A stretch of DNA of 64,000 nt from Eledone cirrhosa. Taxonomy: Eukaryota. Positions 53,389 to 64,000 of the stretch are shown here, in pieces. Where the stretch lies: contig OZ024740.1 in the NCBI GenBank assembly GCA_964016885.1, forward strand, positions 390,538,001-390,602,000, given 5' to 3'. A program made the translations under genes and the position numbers. Under the pieces are notes generated by a model. The model worked only from the letters and a program-made list of their open reading frames with translations, did no database searches and had not been told where the DNA came from. The stretch's first letter is position 1. Every line of letters begins with the position of its first letter.

Positions 53389-53468
<80 letters not shown>

Positions 53469-53482
53469 AATCAATTTCTAGT

Positions 53483-53483
<1 letters not shown>
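53263..53483. repeat. Second copy of the (TA)-bounded ~150-bp repeat, with an expanded internal (TA)n
   Basis: Homologous to 13243-13395. Confidence 0.75.
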
Positions 53484-53520
<37 letters not shown>

Positions 53521-53683
53521 TTAGTATATCTAGTAACATATATATACACAGATGCATACTTATGTTAGCAAATATATAACTTTCCAGGCAATACGTGGAC
53601 ACAGGGAACTTATACAAAAATAATTCAGTGGATGGAAAAAGCAAAGCGAGGACTAATTCCAAGCCATTGATAAAATCACTGCC

Positions 53684-53778
<95 letters not shown>

Positions 53779-55539
53779 GTGTGTGTGTGTGTAAGAGAAT
53801 TATCGAAATTCAGACAATATGACAATATGACATTCCATGAGATGGAAGAACAGTGAATAAATTATAGAAAATAGAGGGAGCCGAGCCAAAGACTAGTATT
53901 TATTTATTTATCAAAAGTAAATGAAGGCGGTGGATTGGCAGTATAAGTAAGTTATTGGAAAAATGTCTTTGCTGGATTTAGTTCTGGCTGAGTTCAAAGA
54001 CAGTCGGTGTTAATTTCGCTATTTATCACACCGGTGTTGATTAGACCTTTGTCAAATGTCTCATACTTTTCTATTAATTAGCGCTCATACATATGCAATA
54101 AACCAATATATGAAGACTGAAAACAATTTGGCAAAGTTATTTAAAGCCCATTTATAATTGATAATCTGATTTTTTAAAATATTGGTATACATGCAATTTG
54201 TTACATTATAAGTCTCGTTGCAAAACATAAACGAATGTAAACACATTCTTATTTCTCTGAAGACAGAAATGTATTGGGATTGTTCTAATTCCTTTTCTAC
54301 TCGTAAATTAATCAGAGAACAAATACTCTAATTTTCTGTCCTCAGAGAATTTTATAGCTTATATCTACCACAAACCAATGCTGAATAGGCAATCTAATTT
54401 GTATAATCCCGCGATATAATCAGCTATCAACCATCAATCGCTCTGTGGGTGCTTGTTCTGCTGGAAATTTCCAAATAGAAATGTAAATAATCAGTCCAAA
54501 TCAAATGTAAATATTTTACCTTACAAGGTAAAATATTTTTGATATTCACATTAAAACAATCAGATAATCCAACGTACGCTGTGTTGTGCAAACAAATAAA
54601 TAATCGATCAATTTATAGGGATTGATACGGTGATTGATAACGAATGTCCGCTTCTGGCCATTTCTGCTGAGTCTGGGTCTCAGTTTGACATTAATAGCTA
54701 TAATTTATCTAGTTTTCCTGACTGAAAATGGAGGTACTTGTTTTCTGGTGACTTTCTAAGAAGAATGAAACTGCTAACAGATAGATTGTGTTTACATTCG
54801 TTTACATTTCATAACAAAGTTTATAATTTAGAAATTTTAGGTAAAACTTTATTTTAAAGTTTTAGATTTAATATTGTTATCATGCCCTATGTCTTTCTGT
54901 TTTATCGCTCTCTTGCTAATGAAGATGATTCAATAAGAACAATTTAAATTTCGATTAAGAACTTTGTAAAATAAATACGTGTTATAATCTACCAAAATAT
55001 AGAAAATAATTCGTTTTCCTGTACATATTTATGGAAGGAAATAACACAATGATGTTTGTGCTGGTTTGCAATTGTTACAGAATGTGACTGTTAGTTTTAA
55101 TTTCACATAGAATAGAAAATATCTCAGTATTCAATTAAAATGTATAATTGTTAATGACAACTTAATGAATACAATGTTAATTAAACATTAATTACGAAAA
55201 TATCACATGGTGCAAAATACAGATTATTTCCATAAATATTTTCTGGTGAAAAAATGAGTTGGTTTAATTTATCTTTTAATTTATCTTATTAATTACTGAG
55301 CATTGTAGACAAACGTAAGTTTCTTGCACATGAAACGTTGTGCATTTCTAACCAAAAGACTGAAAGAAAGGGAAGTTAGATGAGGGTGGATCCCAACGAA
55401 CCATTGAATCGCTTATTTGTTCAACATACAAACGTAGTACCAATTTGTTACTTGTTTTTCTCAAACGAGGTTAGTATAATTTGATTTTGTACACCCTCAA
55501 TAGCTTTTAACATTTCGTGTAATTGTATACATAAATGAC

Positions 55540-57828
55540 AATGCATTTATCTGCATGGTGGCCATGGTAAGAGAGGTCGTATGGTGGACGCGTCTGAAAG
55601 GGTTGAAGACGGGCACTTTCCTCTTTGGTGACGCCTTCATCAACTTTTTCAGGTTTCACCTGAAAAGGAAAATCAGGGTGGCGAGGGAAGTACTCCTTTC
55701 CAAATATTTGAACTTTATGTATATAAAAAAAATACCGAGAAAAAAAAGCATGGCTGAACGACACCCCCAAAGGTAAGTCTGACAGCAGCTTAAACGTTGA
55801 GAGGAGGGATACGGCGAACACAACAATTTATACCACAAACACCACCACAAACAACATGAACAACGGCAGCAACAACAGCAACAGTGAGAACACTAACCTA
55901 AAAAATAAAACGACAACTCCAGCCACAGCAGTTACGACAACCAAAATTCAGACAACAGAAACATCGAAATTAACACCACCAACAAGAACATGAACAGCGA
56001 CAGCACCAAAACCAACTGCACCGAAAACAACACCAGCGGCATCAAAGATACAACAAACTGCAACAGTGACAACAACAACACCAACAACAAGAACAACGAC
56101 AACAACGACAACGCCAACAACATCACCAACAACAAGAACATTACCAAAAACAAGAACACTTTCGCTGCAGCAGCAGCAGCCAAAAAGAGGCCATGCTTCA
56201 GCATGGACCTCACGAATAAAGATGAAAAGTTGGCCCAGGCCTGGAAGCTCATCAAACAAGAGTAAACCTGGGCCAACTAAACTGTTCCGATAGAAACCAT
56301 TGAAGCAGTGGAGCGTAGAACGGTATATTTCAGATGCATTTCAACAGAGACAAAGACGGTGGCTTTAATTGCCCAGGTAGATATTGAAGCCGCGTTGAGA
56401 TGCATCGGGGATGACACCGAGTACATAACGAGGGGCAGACAATATGGCACAATTTTGGTGCTGTTTAAGTCAGAAGCCCTTGCTGTGAAACATGCGATGA
56501 CCTCTTGCAAAACCAGCAAGGTCATAATGTACCCCTCCCACATGGGAAAACGAACAGCTCGTGTCCGCATTCTCGAGATTCCACCAGGACTTGACATGTG
56601 GTGACTCCTGGGATGCTTGATTGTGGTTACAAGAACTGCCAGGGAAGATTGGTCCGGGGTTGACTTGGAGATACTTCTCCAGATCAGGCACGAGGATGTA
56701 AAAAGAATCCCGGACCACATCCGTCTCCAGAACGGGACGGTGGTATATATAATGACCGAGGGCAAAAGGTCGCATTGTTTCGTTTGCAGAGAAATAGCCC
56801 ATTTGCGAACCTTCTGCCCTCAACTGCTGAAAGGTGCAACGGGTCGAAGGTCTCCACTGTTGCAGACGCCGGGGTGAGGACCACACCAACACAAGCACCG
56901 GCAAAACCACCAGCAACAGCAGCAACGGAAACGCCACCACCAACATTGGCCACCCAGGGGGGAAACGAGGAACGCCCCCCCCCCCCCCCCCATTCCCCAT
57001 CCCTCCAAAATACACACATGAACAAAAGCAGAAACACACACTCAGATACACTAACAGCCACCGACCCCTCATCTTCCAGTAGTGAAGATGAGGGAAAATC
57101 AAAATCCCCCAAAAAACAAATAAGAAAACATACAAAGAAAAAATCTTCACAAAGCACAAAAATACCCACATTAAAAAATGCAGACGCCACCCACGCAAAC
57201 TTCTCCCAACACCACCAAAACCCTCACCATCACCAGAATCCCCCAAACGCAAACAACCTAAACAGACACAAGGACATACACACACAAACATCTGAAACCG
57301 CAGACACCGCACCCACAACAAACACAGACACAACCGAAACAACGCCAACAAAACCATCACCACCACAGTCATACATTTTTTAATCGAGCACATTTTGTGT
57401 GCCAGAAGCTTTGTTTCTGGTGCGAATGTCACTCGATTCCTACAAAGGAATTCGAGAGAGCTTTCCTCGGGACATGGGAACCCCGAACGTGAAACCCACG
57501 TCGAAACATTTAAAGAGGTTCCCAAAAGAAACCCCACTAACTATGGCGGTTGAACGACCCGACCTTCACAAACCCCAGGAGGTACGTAAACCTTCCCTCT
57601 CTCTTTTAGCCTGCCAACATGGCCATATTAAGAGTAGGAAGTTCAAATGTTCGTGGCCTGGGGTCACCGTGGAAGCGAGGTCACCTGCTCAACGACCCCA
57701 GGTCTCTAGAAATGCATGTAATTGCAGTCAGTGAGACCAAGATTTCCGACACACGCGCACTAGCCCCCATTTTCGACGACTATCAGATCTTCGCATCTGT
57801 TAGTCGGCTGGGAATGGGAGGTGGGATG
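55540..57828 (+). mobile_element. Tx1-like composite: ORF2 C-terminal fragment (55545-55710) followed by another copy's ORF1 and ORF2 start
   Basis: MVREVVWWTRLKGLKTGTFL matches 41180-41230. ORF1 carries CFVCREIAHLRTFC. ORF2 starts MAILRVGSSNVRGLG at 57619. Confidence 0.88.
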
Positions 57829-58891
57829 GTTCATCTGACCATGCCAATCACTTATGGAACCGGGATCTCATAATTCGTATGCAATTCATGCCATTGACAA
57901 GTGCCTTCAAGAAATCACTGGTGTCAATGAAGTGTTAGGAGAAAAGGTTTTGCTTTTGTAAGGTGACATCAAGCAAGTGATAACAATATTACCAAGGAGT
58001 GCCTGTGAAGCTATATAAGAAATAGGCCTTAAAATCTCCCATCTGTGACATTTCTTTCAACATTTTGCATTAAACAATAATATCAGAGAAAGAGAAAACC
58101 AGAGAGAGTTTGCGAAGCGGATACTACATCTTGGCAATGGAACATTACTTCGAATTGAAGAACTGAATATGAATGAAGATGATGTTGAAGTGACTCCATT
58201 CTTATATGTAAATGACTCTTTAGTGATACAAAATTTCAGCAATACAGCGCAACAAGGGAAAAGAACCTAAGTAATTTTATCTCCCAAAAATGCTGATTGC
58301 CTATTGATCAATGGAAAGGTTCTCCGACAAGTACCCGGTAATAACCATACATATTAGAGTGATCGCCTATGACCCTACAAAGGCTGACATATTCTACTGA
58401 ATTTCTGAACTCACACCTTCCGGGATACTGCCTCACAAACTCCAATTAAAAGCTGGATCAATAATAATTCTTCTACGGAATATTTCAATCCAGAACAGAT
58501 TATGTAATGACACAAGATTAGAAGTAGTGGAGTTGCCTCAACATTCCATCGAAGATTCTCATATCAATGGTCCCTGATGGACAAGCGTGTTTTGATCCCA
58601 AGACTGAAGTTATACCCCAGTGATCTCAACATCCCTTATACTTTGGAAAGGACTCAGTTTCCAGTAAGACTGTCGTATGATATGACAATCAACAAAAGCC
58701 AGAGTCAAACATACGATAAAGTAAGTCTGTTCCTTCATGAGCCAGTATTTAGCCATGGGCAATTGTATGTCACTTTTTCAAGAGTACGCAGACAGTCAGA
58801 ATATGTAAGCAAGGGAGGCGAGGTAATAAAACTGCGACAAAGAACATCCTATGCAAGAGATATTAAAATAATTCTGAGCTCAGTTGAATAG
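57829..58891 (+). pseudogene. Helitron-type PIF1 helicase C-terminal fragment
   Basis: GDIKQV; ILSPKN; TPSGILPHKLQLKAGSIIILLRNI...LCNDTRL; QFPVRLSYDMTINKSQSQT...PVFSHGQLYVTFSRV. Confidence 0.88.
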
Positions 58892-59244
58892 TTGCAAGTT
58901 GCAATGGAATTAAAACTAATCATGTAAAGATAAACGTTGTGTATATTCTCTATATGGTTTTGTGTAAATTAATTGTATATGCTGTAAAGTAATGATAAAA
59001 TATTGCGTAATAAGAAATATGCAATTATATATTGATCTTGCAGCTTCAATATAACGAAATACTAATGAATGATATATATATATTAAGTATTGTATAGATT
59101 GTTATTGTATATTTTTGTATCATTTATTGCACAGGCAGCAATAAGATTTATATGCAATAAAAATGCAAATCATCCTTTCTTTCTTAAATAGATACTCGTA
59201 ATTTTTTTCATTCCATGGAATTTCCACGGATCCCACCAGTCTAT

Positions 59245-59855
59245 TATTATAAGCGTTGTTCTTCCCGTTACCATCGAAGAGGGAACTGCACCTCTCTGGA
59301 CACATTCACGTAATTGAATTACCAGTCTTTCATGAACCGCATTGCATCTTTTCAACCAAAAGATATGGATCCCATTTGAACCGGGAGATTTCCAGTTTGG
59401 TACCTTGGCCAATTGATCCTTCACATCTCCTGTGCTTATTGTTTCTCTGTCTATTTCCTCCTATGAACTCTGTCTGGATGGTTTCTATACACTTGGCATC
59501 AATTGTATGTATCATAGTTTTTTCCCCATATCCCATTCGATAATTTCTTGGCCTGGTTAGCATTAGGAACAGTATCCTTCCCGTTGGCTCTTTCTAAAGT
59601 GCGGAAGAGTTGTTTTGGATTATTTTGAAACAATATTTTCTCCTCGAGCTGCTTATTAATGTCCACATATCTTCTTATTCTCTGGCTTTTAGACAAAATC
59701 CTCTGCATTCTTCTGTATTTTATATTTCTTGTCTAATATCTCTTGATCGATCTTTTTCCGTGTTTCCACATTCCTGTAAACAACTGCTCAATTTTAACCG
59801 CATTATGTCATTTTCAATGCGGCGTTTCCACCGAGGTCTTTTTGCCTTACTCTGC
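59245..59855 (-). pseudogene. R4/Dong-like LINE fragment (pre-RT region and RT start)
   Basis: LFQNNPKQLFRTL; NWKSPGSNGIHIFWLK; MVTGRTTLI. Confidence 0.75.
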
Positions 59856-59914
59856 TTTAATTGCTGGCCTTGTGCCAAAAGTAGAAACAATTATTATTAT
59901 TATTATTATTATTA

Positions 59915-62028
59915 CAGTTGCATTTATCTTGCTTTATGTTCATACGAGTTATCACCAAGTCACAACCAGTGACCTCAAGAGACAACAAGGTCCGCCATGT
60001 TCAAGAAAGAACATACATATTCACACATGCATCTTTAGTGTTTAGACTTGTGATGTACTTATATTGACAGAATCTTCCTTAGTATATGGGCAGTTCCCAT
60101 TAGTACTATCTTTTGTATTTCTCCTATACGCGGGTTTCCTGGGATTTGCGATAAGTAATCATTAGACCCCTTAGGTATCATTCCCAGAGCGCCTACAACC
60201 ACTGGTATTGTTTTAGTTCTCAATTTCCACATTTTTCCAATTTCTATCTCCAGGTCCTTATACTTGCTCAATTTTTCAAATGTTTTTATAGATACATTCT
60301 TGTCTATTGGAACAGACATATCAATTAGCAGGCATACCCTCTTTTGAAAGTCTTTCAATATTATATCAGGTCTGTTTGCATCTATTTTTCGGTCTGTTTG
60401 GATGCTAAAGTTCCACAAGATTGGGATGTGATCTTTTTCAAGTATGGGAGGTGGTTGATGCTCCCACTAATTCTTTTGATGGGGCAGGTCAAAATGCTTA
60501 CACATTATCCAATGTATGTATTGTGCAGCTCTGTCATGCCTGTTTAGGTATTCGGTTGGAGCTATAGGACTGCACATTGAAATTATATGGTCAATGGTCT
60601 CTGGTTGTTTTTTGCATACACGGCATAATGGGCTGCACCCATTTTTTATTATGTTGGCTTGGTAATTTTTTGTTGGCAGACACTGATCTTGTGCCGATAT
60701 AATCAGTCCTTCAGTCTCCGATTTCAGTCCAGAGGATGCCAACCACTGATGGGTTAAAGTTTTGTCAACATCAGGATTGTTAGCTCGCTCTGGGTATTTT
60801 CCATACAGAGGCTTTTCTTGCCATTTCTTAGCCAGTTTCTGTAGCAGTTCTTTCTTTGCAGTTACTTTTACCTGCTCTGCTTTTTCTGTGTTTTCCATTT
60901 CAGCAGTAAATGGGACTTCTGAAATGTGTAGTCCATTACTGTATCTTTGTGCATCTTTTGTAATGGAATATGATCTTTTGATGCTTTCGTGTTTCAAAAC
61001 GAGTTTGATCATCCAATCATGTGATTCCCTTAGATATGTAGATAATCCAATTGTTGCAGTTTTCAACGCAATGTCTAACTGGATTAACCCACGTCCTCCT
61101 TCTTTCCTAGGGAGATATATTCTATCTATATCTGCTTTAGGGTGATGCATTCTGTGCATGGTTAAGAATTTTCGAATTTTTGTATCGAGCCTACGGATCT
61201 CTGTGCTTGACCAGTTGATGACATTGTAACTGTAGGTTACTACTGGTATGGCAAGCGTGTTTATGGCATCGATCCTATTCCTTGCATTCAATTCCGTTCT
61301 TAAGATTGCTCTTACTCTGCGGTAACATTCCTTCCTTATCCTTTCCCTCATTGTCGAGTGCTTGATTCCGTCTCCTTCACAAACACCTAGATATTTGTAA
61401 GATTTTTCTTGATCAAGTTCTCTTATCACGTTCAAAAGATCAAGATTAATGTCTGAACTCTTCAGCAGCTTTCCTCTGGTGAACGTTGCTTTGGCGCATT
61501 TATCTAGTCCAAACTCCATTTTAATGTCATCACTGAACTGCTTCACAGTGGATAATAGCCCTTGCAATTGTTCATCATTTTTTTGCAAATAGTTTCAGGT
61601 CATCCATGTAGAACAGGTGATTAATGGTTTTGTCATAGACTTTATATCCATGTTTTGTTTCATTGAGCATTTTACTTAATGGTATATGTCCGATGCAGAA
61701 TAAAAGCGGTGATAAAGAGTCACCCTGAAAAATTCCACAATTAATATTAACTTCTCCAGCTTCCAGTGATTTTGTTTCACTATTCAAAAGGAGTGTCGTT
61801 TTCCATGTCTTCATACTGAATGACAAAAACCTCCTGACAACGGGGGATATTTTGAAAATCTCTAAACATTTTTCAATCCAACTGTGTGGCAAACGATCGA
61901 ATGCTTTTTTATAATCTATCCAAGCAATTGATAGATTTTTGTGTCTATTATGACAATCTCCCAGTATCATTTTGTTAACCAAAAGCTGATCCTTACAGCC
62001 ATATGAGCCTCGTTTACACCCTTTCTGC

Positions 62029-62029
<1 letters not shown>
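59915..62029 (-). mobile_element. 5'-truncated R4/Dong-clade LINE (RT, CCHC, PD-(D/E)xK endonuclease) in (TAA)n
   Basis: [15 protein letters not shown]; [10 protein letters not shown]; [13 protein letters not shown]; [10 protein letters not shown]; CRVC...ETIDHIISMC; RPDIIL...LLIDMSVP. One frameshift (~61580) and one stop (60467-60469). (TAA)n on both sides. Confidence 0.93.
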
Positions 62030-62066
<37 letters not shown>

Positions 62067-62067
62067 G

Positions 62068-64000
62068 GCGACCTACGTAGGAAATCGCATTATTGTGAGC
62101 TCCGCAAAGGTTTGTTATTTCCGTTTGTTTAAAAAATTGCCATTTATGGAAAATTTTATTGTAAACTGTTTATAAGCACACATACATTGTTTTCCGAAAA
62201 GGACACCCAAAAAGATTGGGGCCTTGTGCCCAAAATTTTAACTTTTATTATTATCCAAAAATTTCTTTGAAAAAAAATGGCTAATTCCCCTCTGCACGAA
62301 GCAGCTGAAAGCCTTCCTCACAAAATAACACCTCACACCGACACCACCATTGTAAATGTTACTACGTTTGCCAACACAAAAAAAAATATAAGCAGTAGCA
62401 ATATTTTAAATTTGTCTCAGGCAGACATTCATTTCCCGCCATTACCAATGACTGCAGGTGTTAAACCCTCCACCACCACCACCACCGCGACAACCACCAC
62501 CACCACCACCGCGACAACCACCACCACCACCACCACCACCACCGCGACAACAGAAACAAAAGAAGAAAAAAATAAATTAACTCGTGATTCGAAATGAAAT
62601 CAAGCAAAATGGACTCTTCCCCACCAAAGACGACTGACGTCACCACCACCACAACTGAAAATAAAATTAATATTAACGATAGCAACAACAACAACAATGA
62701 CATTATAAAACCGACCCTCAGTTTCGCCATCGTAGCAAAACAATTCGAAGCGTTCACGGTAACTCAAGAAGATTTAGAAAATGCCAAACAAATGGTAAAG
62801 AAAGATGGGTACAGGGTCAGCCTCACCCCCCCCCCCCCCCCACCTAATAAAATGGAGCATCGGCGCCTGTGCACCGTGTCGTATAGAACAATAAATGTAA
62901 AATCGCGCCGAGTGGAACGGGCATCCGAGTCCCAAATCCAAAAAGCTTTGGGACATGTGTGGGCAAGAAAAACCCACATCAGACGTGGGCAAAAGTATGG
63001 AACCGTGGATGTGTTCTTTGAAACACCAGAGGAGGCTAGAGAACACTCCATGGCCCCATTAAAAAGTGACGACTTCACACTCGTCCCAAGCTATTGTGGC
63101 CAGAGACTCGTAAAGATCAGGGGGACCCACGTTCCACCGGCCATCGAAATTCCCTGGCTAATAGCGGCTGTCATCGCCGGCATCGAGGCCAACACGAAAA
63201 TAATAACAATAGCAAAAGAAAAGCAGGAAAACTGGTCCGGATCTGGGATGGAGCTCCTGATCCAAGCGGACCAAAAAAGCATTGAGGAGATCCCAGAGGT
63301 AATAGACCTCACTGACGGCAGCCACCTCACGGTAATTGTCGAGGGCAGAAGACCTAGGTGTGTCGTTTGTGGTGAAGGAACCCACCTAAGGGCTTTCTGC
63401 CCTCAGACTAAAAGGTTGAGGCCACCTCTCCTACCCACCCCAGTGACACAACCATCAACACCACCAGTAGCAGAGATGCCAGCAACAACTGTAGCAGCAA
63501 CAACAGAAGCAACTATAACAGCAACAACCCAGCAACAGTAGCAAAACCAACACCACTACCACCACCAGCAAAACCAACACCACCACCACCCAACGCTTCA
63601 GAACTAGCACCAGCGCCTACACCATCCACCACACCACAACCAAAACTAACGGCTGTGGAGGATTTTCCACTCCCCGGCCTATCACAACTGGAAACAGATT
63701 GTGACGACGAGGAGTGGGAAACGATATCCGGAAAAAAAAAAAGAAACCCAAAAAGAAAAATTCTCTTCCTTCCCCCTCCAAAAACAAAATACAGAGGGAA
63801 ACAAATAAACTAAGAAACAAAAAAGTTAGGACAGATATGCCACCATCCACACCAGCATCACCAACCCCATCAACCCAAACACCAACACCATCACCATCAT
63901 TAACTCCAACACCACCATCACCTACACCACAAAAGTCACCAAAATTCGAAACAGAAACAAACCCACAACAAACGCAAACAAAACAAAACAACCAAAACGA
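62068..64000 (+). mobile_element. 5' part of an L1/Tx1-clade LINE (copy 5), ORF1 region, running off the window
   Basis: ORF 62594-63541 with RGQKYGTVDVFF and VEGRRPRCVVCGEGTHLRAFC, homologous to ORF1 of copies 1, 2 and 4. The 5' end abuts (TAT)n. Confidence 0.85.

Noticed and set aside
56470-57537. Long antisense ORFs over Tx1 ORF1/ORF2
   Set aside because: Shadow frames of A/C-rich coding strands with no recognisable domains.

Overview
AT-rich eukaryotic (animal) genomic DNA, saturated with microsatellites and retroelements. The SINE families and the microsatellite load suggest a coleoid cephalopod, probably Octopus (inference from recalled repeat motifs; no database search was run). No host protein-coding gene can be supported, and most ORF-track entries are microsatellite artefacts. 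Contents: five L1/Tx1-clade LINE copies (one near full length, ~36.0-41.6 kb) plus a tiny 3' stub; an R4/Dong-like restriction-endonuclease LINE sitting in (TAA)n; RTE, CR1-like, CRE-like and Penelope-like (PLE) relics; mariner and Helitron fragments; many tRNA-derived SINEs; and two copies of a ~600-bp RTE-derived non-autonomous element in (TATG)n. The most notable unannotated signals are RNA-structural. (1) A set of type I hammerhead ribozymes in short cassettes lodged in (TA)n tracts: two have intact cores, one of them with a U3-A8 covariation and the other inside a 109-bp fold-back with a paralogous empty site nearby. (2) A twister-like structured 5' leader on the RTE-derived element. (3) Recurrent splice signals bracketing ORF1 in the Tx1 elements. 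(4) An apparent partitioning of different microsatellite motifs among different retroelement families.
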